A program made the translations under genes and the position numbers. Below the pieces are notes generated by a model. It ran no database searches. It worked only from the letters and a program-made list of their open reading frames with translations, and was not told the origin of the DNA. Shown here piece after piece: positions 12,145-23,357 of a stretch of DNA of 64,000 nucleotides. How positions within the stretch are numbered: position 1 is the first letter of the stretch; every line of letters begins with the position of its first letter. Source of the DNA: Hemiscyllium ocellatum (taxonomy: Eukaryota); NCBI RefSeq assembly GCF_020745735.1, contig NC_083402.1, positions 8,570,004-8,634,003 on the forward strand, read 5' to 3'.

Positions 12145-13522
12145 AGAGTCATAGAGTCGTTGAGATGTACAGCACGGAAACATATCCTTCCGTCCAACTT
12201 GTCCATGCCGACCAGATATCCCAACCCAATCTAGTCCCACCTGCCAGCACCCAGCCCATATCCCTCCTATTCATATACTCATCCAAATGCCTCTTAAATG
12301 TTACAATTGTATCAGCCTCCTCCACGTCCTCTGGCAGCTCATTCCATGCACATACCACCACCCTCTGCGTGAAAAAGTTGCCCCTTAGGTCTCTTTTATA
12401 TCTTTCCCCCCTCACCTTAAACCTATGCCTTCTAGCTCTGGACTCCTCCACCCCAGGGAAAAGACTTTGTCTATTTATCCTATCCATGCTTTTCATAATT
12501 TTATAAACCTATATAAGGTCTCCCCTCAGCCTCCAACACTCCAGGGAAAACAGACCCAGTCTTTTCAATCTCTCCCTATAGCTCAAATCCTCCAACCCTG
12601 GCAACATCCTTGTAAATCTTTTCTGAACCCTTTCAAGTTTCACAACATCATTCCAACAGGAAGGAGACCAGTATTGCACACAATATTCCAACAGTGGCCT
12701 AACCAATGTCCTGTACAGCCGAAACATGGCCTCCCAACCCCTGTACTCAATACTCTGACCAATAAAGGAAAGCATACCAAATGCCTTCTTCACTATCCTA
12801 TCTACATACAACTCCACTTTCAAGGAGCTATGAACCTGCTCTCCAAGGTGACTTTGTTCAGCAACACTTCCTCAGACCTTACCATTAAGTGTATAAGTCC
12901 TGCTAAGATTTGGTCTCCCAAAATGCAGCACCTCAAATTTATCTGAATTAAGCTCTATTTGCCACTTCTCAGCCAATTGACCCATCTGATCAAGATCCTG
13001 GTGTAATCTGAGGTAACCCTCTTCGCTATCCACTACACCTCCAATTTTGGTGTCATCTGCAAACTTACTAACTGGACGTATTATGCTCCCATCCAAATCA
13101 TTTAGGTAAATGGCGAAAAGTAGTGAACCAGTACCGACCCTTGTGGCACTCCACTGGTGACAGGCCTCCAGTCTGAAAAACAACCCTCCACCACCACCCT
13201 CTGTCTTCTACCTTTGAGTCAGTTCTGTTCCAAATAGTTAGTTTTCCCTGTATTCCGTGAGATCTAACCTTGCTAATCAATCTCCCATGTCAAACTGAAG
13301 TCCAAATAGATCACATCTACTGCTCTGCCCTCATCATTCCTCTTTGTTACTCCCTCAAAAAACTCAATCGAGTTTGTGAGACATGATTTCCCACAAACAA
13401 AGCTATGTTGACTATCCCTAATTAGTCCTTGCCTTTGAGCCAATTCTCCCTGTATTCCATGAAATCCAACCTTGCTAACCAGTCTCCCATGGGGAACCTT
13501 GTTGAACATCTTACTGAAGACC
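12145..13522 (-). mobile_element. CR1 LINE 3' half nested between PR and IN
   Basis: [43 protein letters not shown]; ctctatgact tail at ~12145. Confidence 0.9.
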
Positions 13523-13671
13523 ATATTATCAGAAACTATATTTGACCAAATGGTTGAGAAAGAAACAAGAACAGGTGAAGGCCAAATTGTACATTTTTAG
13601 GAAAAAAAAATAGAAAGATGGAAAGATAAAGCAGTTCTATCAAAAAGCCTATGCAGAAGGAGTATCAAAGT

Positions 13672-13770
13672 GAACCCCTGTATTCTCCCTGTATCTGCGT
13701 GGATTTCCTCTTAATGCTCCGGTTTCCTCCCATAGTCCAAAGATATGCAGGTTACGTGAATTGGCTAAAA
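13672..13770 (+). mobile_element. HE1/V-SINE central fragment
   Basis: ctgcgtgg-tttcctc..tgctccggtttcctccca-agtccaaagat matches the V-domain of the full SINEs at 41290 and 24786. Confidence 0.75.
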
Positions 13771-13850
13771 AATTATCTAAAAAATAAAGTCTTGATTAGA
13801 AAAATGGAGAACCATCACATGTTCAGGCAAATGAAAAATGGGCAGAGGTT

Positions 13851-14860
13851 CATCAAGTTGTATTCCTGGTAGGTTGCAGAAAGAAGGTGTTGAGGGTAGC
13901 ACGATTTTCCAGTAGGAGGTCATTTGTGAATAAGAGAAACTCAAACCAAAATACAAAAACATTTTTATTGGCCTTGTCTTATCATAAATGTCACATAGTT
14001 GGAAAACCTCAGACTGTGATAAAACCAACATATTCCAACATTTGATGAACCTTTTCCAAGAGCCTTAGTTGATTGTATGGGATCCCTACCTAAAACAAAA
14101 AGTGGGAATCAATATTAGCTGATCATGTATTTACTAGATTTCTAGAGGCCATTTCATTATGCAATATTACAACTAATAGAATTGGAGAAGAGTCTCTCAA
14201 TTTTTTTAAAACAGATACAGACTACCCACAGAGATACAATGGATCGAGGATCAAATTTTGCATTGAAATTATTCAAGGAAAAATGGATAGCTTGGTCATA
14301 AAACAATTTAAATCAACTGCTTGCCATCCAGAATCACAGGAAGCATTAGAATAATGGCAACAAACTTTAAATACTACGTTGAGGGGCTAGAATAAAGACT
14401 ATCCAAAGGATTGGGTTCAAGGAATTCCATTTGTGCATTTTGCAAATAGGGTTGCACCTAATGAATCAACAAAATTTAGTCCATTTGAATTAGTCTCTGG
14501 GCATGAGTTGAGAGGATGACACAAATCAATTATGAAAAACTGGGTGAGTCAGAGTTCAGAGAGCATATGTTTGGACTATGTATCAAATGTAGGGAGAGAC
14601 TAAATACAGCGGGTGCATTGGCTAGATAGCATTTAACAGTAGCACATCAGGCAACGAAAGAGGAAGCAGAGAAGAGATCAAATTCATAGTGGAGATAAAG
14701 TATTAGTATTACTCCCAGTGAAAGGTGTACCGTCAGGGGAAGATTTAGTGGGCCTTATCAAATCGAAAAGAAATTGGGTGAGGTGAGTTATTTGATAAGA
14801 ATGCCAGACAGAAGGAAAACTCACAGAGTGTGCCATGTAAATATATTGAAATGGTATTTT
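13851..14860 (+). pseudogene. Integrase remnant (HHCC, DDE core, GPY/F), upstream of RT
   Basis: Frameshifted motifs GH..KHFYWP, LVDC-G-LPKTKSGNQY, GSNF, HPESQ-ALE, FSPFELV, RFSGPYQIEKKLGEVSYLI..HVNILK. Confidence 0.85.
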
Positions 14861-15059
14861 GATAAAGAATGAAAGCAAAAGGTGAATGTGTTATTTGTTA
14901 CAACTCAGAGTGAAGAACCAAATCCAAATGGTTTTGAAATTATGACAATGAGGATGTTTCAGAATTTGGAATAAATCATTCAGCTACCATCCAGTGGAAA
15001 GAGTTACTACAATCACATGAAAATATAAGTGGGAATAAGCTGGGAAGTACTAAACAGAT

Positions 15060-16300
15060 TATGCATGAGATAGATATAGGAAATGCTGTTCCAATTAAGC
15101 AACATCCCTATGGGCTTAATTCTCTAAACTTGGTATAGAATCTAAAAAAAGTTTGAAAGTATGCTTAATTGAAGTGTGTTGCAGTGAATGGAACTCGTCC
15201 ATGGAGATGTTATCAAAACCAGATGGCACCAAACGATTGTATGGGGCCTATCAGAAAGTCAATGTTTAATTTGAAATCCAACTTGTACCCTATTCCATGA
15301 TTGGAAGACTGTATTGAGAAAGTGGGACAAGCAATTTACATTTCTATGCTGGACTTACTCAGACGGCACTGACAAATGTCTTTAACTGCAAGGGTGAAGG
15401 AAATTTTAGCTTTCATGACATTGAGTGGACAGTTCCAGTTTAAAGTCATGCATTTGGTGTGAAGAATGTGCCAGCCACATTTCAAATCGATAAGGTCATT
15501 TCATGATTGCCCAATTGCATGGTATACACAGACAATCTGGTGATTTTTATACACACATGGAAGGAACATTTGGAGCATCTAGCAGAATTGTTTGATTGAC
15601 TTCAGGAGGCAGGTTTTGTGATAACCTTAGTTAAGATTGAGCTCACAAAAACCCAAGAAATTCCAATGCTATACCGTTGGACACTGACACATGGCCTCGA
15701 GGGATGTTTATTGGGGAGTTTCCCATACCACTGGCAAAGACAGAAATACTACAATTCCTGGCCCTGATTGGTTTTACCAAAAATATTAACCTAATCTTAG
15801 AAGCATGGTTGCTCCAAAGGCTGAGCTGTTGAAGAAGTGTGAAAATTTTCAATGGACGGATGAGTGTCAGAATTCATTTGACTGCCTGAAAGCTGTATTG
15901 ACCACCATCCTGGTGTTGGCAACACCCAATTATGCAAAGCTGTTCAAGGTGATATGAATGATATGGACGTCGCTGCTGTACCTTACAGGAAGACAAGTAT
16001 AGAGAGACATATTGGACACTTTTCCAGAAAGTTGAATGTTCTTCAGAAGAAATATCCCACCACTGAGAAATAAACCTTAAGTTTGGTGTTGGCATAGAAA
16101 CATTTCAACATTTATATTGTGAGTAATGTACCTGAGATGATTGTGTATACTGATCATAACCCCTGAACATCTTTGGAAAAATTTAAGGATAAAAATGCCA
16201 AACTATTTAGATGAAGTTTATTGTTACAGCCATTCAATTTGAAAATTATACAAGTGGCAGGCTGAGAACATGTAATTGCTGATGCATTGTCACTAATTTG
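15060..16300 (+). pseudogene. RT-RNase H remnant of the LTR element
   Basis: HEIDIGNAVPIKQHPY, KPDGT, YPIP-LEDCIEKVG, VYTDNLVIF, GHFSRKLN, IVYTDHNP, ENVIADALS. Confidence 0.85.
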
Positions 16301-16488
16301 ATGAAGGAAGATGAAGATGTTCAGTGATGGAAGAAATGGTCGGAAATGGGCAGTGTTATTGAATGCTTTCATGTTTAGAGTTTTGTTTTTTTTATATATA
16401 TATATATAAAAAATGTAGAGTACTAATAGCATGATACTAATGGCTTAGAAAATGAAGCCATCTTTGTATATTGATAAGTGTTTTTTTT

Positions 16489-16505
16489 AAAGGGGGTGGT
16501 GGGGA
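16489..16505 (+). promoter_or_regulatory. Polypurine tract
   Basis: aaagggggtggtgggga immediately 5' of the 3' LTR. Confidence 0.7.
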
Positions 16506-16507
16506 CG

Positions 16508-16995
16508 TGTGATGGTACTGTGCTTTTAAAAGAGTTGTGTTCTGTCCTGTTTCTCTTGCAGAGGGTTGTGGTCTCCATGATGTAGAGGTATCTGTTCCAG
16601 ACAGAGTAAATCACTTCAGGTTTTTGTAAAAATTAGATAAAAGAATAATGAGTGGGCCGGGTCAGGGCTTACATAAGTTCAGGAAGGATTTTAGTTCTCC
16701 TTTCAGTCAGTTAAAGGTTTTCTGTTGGGTGCTGAAGCCAGAAGCTTGAGTTCTCTGCTTTGAGAGTCTTAGACAGTGAGGTTTCATCTGAAAAATCAAA
16801 GGGGGCAGATAGTTTCTTTCAGGATTTCAGTCTGCGGGACTAGAGAGTAAAACTGTTTTGTTAAATTGCCTTGCCAAGGGTGAGTTTATGGGATGCTGCC
16901 TTTATTGGAACAGTTACTGATTGGTGGTTAAATCATATATTATCTTATTAAATATTGTGCCAGTTCTTCTTTTCATTTGCATTTTAACTGTGCTG
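16508..16995 (+). repeat. 3' LTR (3'-truncated)
   Basis: Direct repeat of 6147-~6660; the terminal part is missing, so the right TSD cannot be checked. Confidence 0.8.
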
Positions 16996-17079
16996 CAAGA
17001 ACAAGGCTTACAGTCTAATGGCAGAACAATTAAATTGTATTTGGAACTCAATGCCATACACTTGGCCTTTAAACAAATA

Positions 17080-17205
17080 GTTCTGAGGAAGGGTCAGCAG
17101 ACCTGAAACATTAACTTTGATTTCTCTTCATAGATGCTGCTAGACCTGCTGAGTTTTGCCAACATTTCTGTTTCTGATTTACGGCATCCGCAGTTCTTTC
17201 AGATT
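17080..17205 (+). mobile_element. Solo PLE terminal repeat (family C) with decayed hammerhead
   Basis: GTT-CTGAGGA-A-GGGTC-agca-GACCT-GAAAC-ATT-AAC followed by gatgctgc-agacctgctgag; same family as 21653-21765. Confidence 0.7.
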
Positions 17206-17364
17206 TTAGCAGTTAACTAATCTACTGGAGTTCTTTGAAGATGTAACAAGCAATATGGATAACTGGGAATCCTGTAGATGTAGAAAGCATTTGAGAAGGT
17301 GGCACAAAGATCAACTTGCCAGGTAAGATCACATAGGGTTAGGAGAAATTGGTTACTTTGGATA

Positions 17365-18209
17365 GAGCTGAAAATGTGTTGCTGGTTAAAGCACAGCAGG
17401 TCAGGCAGCATCCAAGGAACAGGAAATTCAACGTTTCGGGCCAGAGCCCTTCATCAGGAATGAGGAGAGGGTGCCAGGCAGGCTAAGATAAAAGGTAGGG
17501 AGGAGGGACTTGGGGGAGGGGCGATGGAGATGTGATAGGTGGAAGGGGGTCAAGGTGAGGGTGATAGGCTGGAGTGGGGTGGGGGCGGAGAGGTCAGGAA
17601 GAAAATTGCAGGTTTGGAGGAGGGTGCTGAGTTCGAGGGAACCGCCTGAGACAAGTTGGGGGGAGGGGAAATGAGGAAACTGGAGAAATCTGAGTTATCC
17701 CTTGTGGTTGGAGGGTTCCCAGGCGGAAGATGAGGCGCTCTTCCTCCAACCGTCGTGTTGTTATGTTCTGCCGATGGAGGAGTTCAAGGACCTGCATGTC
17801 CTCGATGGAGTGGGAGGGAGGGTTAAAGTGTTGAGCCACGGGGTGGTTGGGTTGGTTGGTCCGGGCGTCCCAGAGGTGTTCCCTGAAGTGTTCCGCAAGT
17901 AGGCGGCCTGTCTCCCCAATATAGAGGAGGCCACATCGGGTGCAGCAGATGCAATAGATGATGTGTGTGGAGGTGCAGGTGAATTTGTGGCGGATATGGA
18001 AGGATCCATTGGGGCCTTGGAGAGAAGTAAGGGAGGACGTGTGGGCGCAAGTTTTGCATTTCATGCGGTTGCAGGGGAAGGTGCCGGGAGTGGAGGTTGG
18101 GTTTGTGGGGGGTGTGGACCTGACGAGGGAGTCACGAAGGGAGTGGTCTTTGCGGAACGCTGATAGGGGAGGGGAGGGAAATATATCCCTGGTGGTGGGG
18201 TCCGTCAGG
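17365..18209 (-). mobile_element. 5'-truncated Penelope-like element (GIY-YIG endonuclease + pLTR, family A)
   Basis: ORF 17594-18214: CNRMKCKTC..IIYCICCTRCGLLYIGETGR..EH..HPVAQHF..RRLEEERLI..QPQGI. Confidence 0.92.
17426..17461 (-). ncRNA. Minimal type I hammerhead ribozyme (intact core)
   Basis: AUUC-CUGAUGA-A-GGGC-UCUG-GCCC-GAAAC-GUU^GAAU: 4-bp stem I, 4-bp stem II, palindromic ACGU stem III. Confidence 0.8.
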
Positions 18210-18384
18210 ATCATCCAACTACATCAAGATTAGGCAAGACCATTCAGCCCATTGAGCCACTGCAAAAAAAAATTCCTTGAGAGGTGGATGTCGCTGGCCA
18301 TTTCCTGAAAAAGTAGATGCAGAGGAGATGGTTTCCATGGCTGGAGATATAAGGATAGAGGGGAGAGCATGTATTTTTTTTCCT

Positions 18385-19085
18385 GGGATGTTGGTGTCAC
18401 TGGCTGAACCAACGAGTATTGCCTATCCCTAACTGCCCTTGAGAAGAGGGTGAGTCGTTGCCTTTTTGAACTGTTGGTTTGTAGGTAGACCCACAATGCT
18501 GTTAGAGAGGAAATTCCAGGATTTTAATGCAGCAACATTGGAGGAACGGTGAATATATCTCCACGTCAGGATGGTGAGTAGCTTGGTGGGTCTGTGGTGG
18601 TGGCTGCGCTCGGAGCGAGGATTTCTGGCTGCGGTAGGCCCAGACCGTGGACCTGCTGGTTGCCGGCTGTGGCAGCGATGGTGTTTAGAGCGGGGACTCA
18701 TGGCAGAGGCAGGTCCCTGCAGCGGAGGCATTGCATAGATCAGGGTCTCCTGGCTGTGACGTGCCTGAAGCATGGACTCTTCGCAGGGCTGTTGTCGCTG
18801 GTCCTGGAGCAGTAACTACCCTGCAAAATCTCTAGATCTGTGTCTGAAGACCCCCACCCCGTTCAGAAGATGAACTCTATTTATTTAATTTCATTTTATT
18901 CTTCTTGTAACTGAAAATGGCACATAATTATGGTAACAAAACACTTTTGACTGTATCTTTCCAGATATATATGATGATAAATAACTCAAGTAACTTGCAA
19001 AAGTGGTGTTCCCATCCAATTGTTGTCTTTGTTCTCCTAGATGGTAGTGGTCACAAATTTGGAAAGTAATGCCAAAGGAGACTTA
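18385..19085 (-). mobile_element. L2-clade LINE 3' remnant split by an insertion at 18591-18990
   Basis: attgcctatccctaactgcccttgagaag is the reverse complement of the L2/DeuSINE-type tail seen at 52745-52822; the sequence resumes at 18991. Confidence 0.65.
18591..18990 (+). mobile_element. Unclassified GC-rich non-coding retroposon with a Rex1-type 3' tail
   Basis: Discrete insertion in L2; tail aaaacacttttgactgtatc..ataaata resembles the Rex1 tail at 63408-63455 and the copy at 45812-46111. Confidence 0.5.
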
Positions 19086-20099
19086 GTCTTTCTCATTAAA
19101 CAGAAGTTTCAGAAGTTCTCACTGACATGAAATGTTAACTCCTTTCCTCCCTTTACAAATTCTACCCTGTTCCTTAAGTATTTCCAGAATTGAGCTTTTG
19201 AATACTCAAATTGCAGAGATGGGGTGATACATGCTCAGGTTTTTGCTAAAGGTGACTAAACAGACTGCGAATGTCACAATGGTTGTCATTCATTTACCGA
19301 AGCAGGGAGCTGGGGTCAGTCTGTTTTCCAAAATGTTTATTTCCACTTCATAGTTCAACACAAAATTCAGTCTGCTCTTTCCCTTTACTGGGAATACTAA
19401 AAAACACAACCTTTAAATATGAGAATCCACTGTGCTCTATTTCCTCTGGAGCATATCCTGATGTATTCTTAAAAAGACCATCAATCACAATATTGTCAGA
19501 ACTCTTCAAACATTGTTACATTTTTATGAAATATTCAATAGATCCCAGCAGGACACTGGAGATGGTTGTTAAGTAGCAAGGTGGATGGGTATATTGTATA
19601 TCAACTGTGTTTTATCATATGCAGCAGGAGGGCATTAAGTACCTCTTGAGGACATATGAAGAAATATCTGCTGAAAGTGAATATAGTTGCACTCGGAGGG
19701 AAATGCTTGAAATAGTTCACTCTGCAAATAAATTAATAATGACTTATTAAATGTTGGCTCCAGTTTCATCCTTCACCAGTTGGCTTTCTGGAATACGGTA
19801 CGGTGCACATGAAATTAATGATATCTCTGATTAACCAGGATTGGAATTAATTAGTTATGTGAAGGCACGGTTTCAATAAGCAGTAACAGACTGGTTTGGA
19901 CCAATTAAAATTTGATTCACTGGTGAAACTGATGGAGTTGGATTGATTTAGTGCTGGCAAACATTGGTTCATTGATATGTTGCAAGCTCCACTGGCACAG
20001 GTGATAGTTCAGGTCCTTAAAGAATGTCTCAGGTATTGAAGGCGCCTGTGAATCATTCCTGGCTCAGGTTATCTGTAAAGACATTTAATGGAAAGTAAC

Positions 20100-21072
20100 T
20101 GAGATCTGAACAATTAATGAGCATTGGAACATGTTAACCATCCAGCCCCTCAATCCTGCTATATTGTTTAATTATATCCTGCTTGATTTATGCCTCAGCT
20201 CCATTTATCAATCACTGCTTCATAAACCTCAATACTGTTAACTCAACTCAAAACCAACTGATCTGTCCTGGAACTTTCAATTAACCCCAACATCCATTTT
20301 CGTTTTTTGGGGAGAAGTTTCAGATTTCCATACACCCTCTGAGAAAATTGTGTTTCTTGATTTTCCTTTTGAACGGCCTAGCTCCAATTTCAAGATCGTA
20401 GATTCATAGAATTGATGCAGCACAGCAGAAGAACCCAAAAATTTTCATTTTCATCCCTGAACGAGCAACTCCCATAGTCCCACAATGTTACCATTTCCCT
20501 GTAGACCTGAAAATCTTTCTCTTCAGGTAGTTATCCAATTCTATTTCAGGATTGAATCTGCCAGAACCACATTCTTGGGTTTGGAGATGCTGGTGTTGGA
20601 CTGGGGTGTACAAAGTTAACAATCACACAACACCAGGTTATAGTCCAACAGGTTTATTTGGAAGCACTAGCTTTCTGATCTACGCTCCTTCATCAGGTGG
20701 TTGGACTATAACCTGGTGTTGTGTGATTTTTAACTTTGTAGACATTCTTGGGCAATGTATTCCAGATTCTGAACATGTGCTGCATATAGAAAGTTTTCCT
20801 CACAGCACTGTTGTTACTTTTGTCACGCACCTTAAACCAGTGTCCTCTAATTCTCAACCTTTTCAACAAAGGCAACTGCTTCTCCATATCACTTCTATTC
20901 AGGTGGCTCATGATTTGGAACATTGATGTCACAAGGAATTAAGGGCTACAATGAGAATGCTGGTAAGTGGAGTTGAAATGCCCATCAGCCATGATTGAAT
21001 GGCGGAGTGGACTCAATGGGCCGATTGGCCTTACTTCCACTCCTATGTCTTATGGTCTTATGGTCTTATCCC
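20100..21072. mobile_element. CR1 3' fragments (minus 20100-20900; plus tail 20925-21072)
   Basis: CR1 3' UTR similarity; (tcttatgg) tail at ~21045-21070. Confidence 0.7.
20580..20741. mobile_element. 162-bp fold-back PLE mini-element (family B)
   Basis: Inverted arms ~20606-20649 and 20700-20743 enclosing a decayed minus-strand hammerhead; exact 11-bp TSD ACATTCTTGGG (20569-20579, 20742-20752). Confidence 0.85.
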
Positions 21073-21529
21073 AATCAAGTCTGCTGTAAATTGTTTCTTG
21101 TACAAGGAGAACAGTTCTGGTTTAACCATATATATGTGCATAATTCGAGTTTCTTAGCTCTGGAATCGTTCTTGTGAATTTTTTCTGCAACCTTTTTAAT
21201 GCCTTCAGCTCCTTCCAAAAAAGTGTATTTCTTGGAACATACAAACAGACAAATTATGGCATCAGGAGACCGATGAGCACTGCAATCCTGCTCACCACTG
21301 AATAAGATCACGACTGGTGTGTTACTCCACATTCCCACCAAGCCTTTCACACTCTTCCTTATCAATCTCTGCCCTAAAAATAATCAATGACTTTGATTTC
21401 ACAGCCTTTAGAGGCAGAGTTCAAATATCCCAATCCCCCTGAGAGAATGCATTTCTCATCTCAAACTTAAATCATAGAAGCGTTACGATGCAGAAGATCA
21501 TCATTTGTCTCCTGTGTTTTCCGTGGATA

Positions 21530-22500
21530 CCAATGTGATCCGAGCAAACACACCTGAAATAAGTGTTTGCTGCTTGAGGAACTTTGGATCCGAGTTGAGG
21601 AGCCAGAGTCTGAACTGTAAATACAGCACCATTTCAGGCTGGGCGAAAGTTAGAAACAAAAACAGAAATTGCTGGAAATGCTTTAGGAGATCTGGCAGCA
21701 TCAGTGGAGAGAGATCAGAGTAAACGTTTCTGGTCAAGTGACCCTTTCCTCAGAACTGGTAACTAGGGGAAAGTTACCTGGACACTTTGATCCAGAAAAC
21801 TGTCACATCCCTCAGGTTGGAGCATTCAAATCTGGACTGTGATTGGGGGACAGGGCAGCGTGACTGCTGGTGAGGCAGGTATGAGAACTTAGGGGTTATA
21901 ATTGAAGATCCTTAGTCCTTAAAATCTGTTGCAAGGTTCTTACAAGCAGTGCAGATAAGAGCAGGACTGCAGGGATGATGAACAAAATGACCATGGCACT
22001 GTGGTAAGGGGAGTCACACCAGTTGGAGAAGAAACTAGGAATGTTGTTGGGGTAGGTGACACTATAATTAGAGAACAGACAATGTTTTCTGCAACCCTAA
22101 GCAGGAATCCAGAAGCCTGTCTAGTGTTACCTCCAACATTGGTAGCACTAGAAAGGAGATTTAGCTGAAAGACGTGGATCACTTAGGACCGAAATTGAAA
22201 AGTTGAATCTGCAATGCAATAAGCTCTGGATTACAAACTGAGCTATGGGCATCGGGTTTTAAAAAAAAGTCAAGGAGTCAAAAGTGTGGCTCAATGATTG
22301 GCATTTGGTGGAATGCACTTAGTTCATGAGGCACTGACGAACTGTAACTAGTAGTATGCCACAGAGACCAGTGCTGGGCTCACGTTTATTTGCAATGTAT
22401 ATTAAAGACTTAGATGAAAAAGGTAATGCATCAACGCCATGTTTGTGGATGGCACAACAATAGATGAGAAGGTAAGTGGTAGGCATGACCCAAAGAACCA
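21530..22500 (+). mobile_element. Decayed CR1 ORF1/RT fragments
   Basis: Similar to the ORF1 region at 3120-3800. Confidence 0.6.
21653..21765 (-). mobile_element. Solo PLE terminal repeat (family C) inserted in CR1 ORF1
   Basis: Minus strand GTT-CTGAGGA..GGTC-actt-GACC-A-GAAAC-GTT; TSD GAAAGTTA at 21645-21652 and 21769-21776. Confidence 0.7.
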
Positions 22501-23357
22501 GGGAGTGCTATAAAAATTTATTCTTGGCATCAAGACTGAAAACTTGAGAATGACAACTTTTGGGGTGGCAACCTTGCATAAACATCCTTATAGTGCAATT
22601 ATTCATCTCCTTGGATCTAAACATACATACAGAGTGCCATCCTTTGTCAAAACACAAGAAATGGAGCTGCACCAGGCTGCATGATGCTCAAGTTTACAAA
22701 TGATAATGTTTTGTATCACAGAATCCACATGCTTGGGCGGGGCCCCCTCCCAGCCTCTGATCGCCGGGTCCCAGAACGTGCTTAAGTAGGGCCTGTTCAG
22801 AGGCCCCAGTCACCAGATCCCAGAACGTGCTCAAGAAGGGCCTGTCACCAATACCTCACTGAAGCAACACTTTGAACATAAAGTGGAAAAAAAATACCAA
22901 AAAGAATGGAAATAAAGAAAAGCAGACAGAAGTGAATGAGGTCCAGAGCTCAAATGCAGCACTGCTACTCTGCTGCCATCTTTCACATGTTGTAAGATGG
23001 CATGCATTCCTTTAAGACTATATAACGTGAATTGAGGTAAATTTTTCAATGTTTTTGATAGCATCGATGTGGTGTAGAAAATTAGCCACACGTACTGCCT
23101 AATCGGGGTCTCTAAATTCTAATGTTGTTATTACATCTTGGACTTGAACAATACGCTTACTTGGCCTGGGCAGGGTTTGAAAACATCTTTGGCATTGCTG
23201 TTTGGATGGCTCATTTTTTACACACACTTGTGGGGAATTGTGTTGCACTTTGGGTGTCTTCGCACACATGGAATTTTTCCACATTTTAGCCTGATGTTCT
23301 CTTGGAGAACATAGCTTTTACACGTACCTGTACAAAATACTGGGCACAGTTTTTGTG

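Larger units (their letters stand above)
6147..16995 (+). mobile_element. Gmr1-like Ty3/Gypsy LTR retrotransposon (gag-PR-IN-RT-RH), decayed, with nested insertions
   Basis: Direct LTRs starting TGTGATGG at 6147 and 16508; tRNA-Pro-like PBS; PPT; gag YELVPEA-RQHFRKL and a decayed CCHC knuckle; protease FIL-ND; integrase GH-IR-TQ-KIQKHFYWP and HPESQ-ALE; RT PIKQHPY and VYTDNLVIF; RNase H YTDHNP..ENVIADALS. Confidence 0.9.

Noticed and set aside
22769-22845. 28-bp direct repeat pair (period 49)
   Set aside because: Only two imperfect copies with no associated feature; likely a local slippage duplication.
23099-23330. Cys-rich minus-strand ORF with splice-like signals
   Set aside because: No frame stays open from the acceptor to the donor and no recognisable domain.
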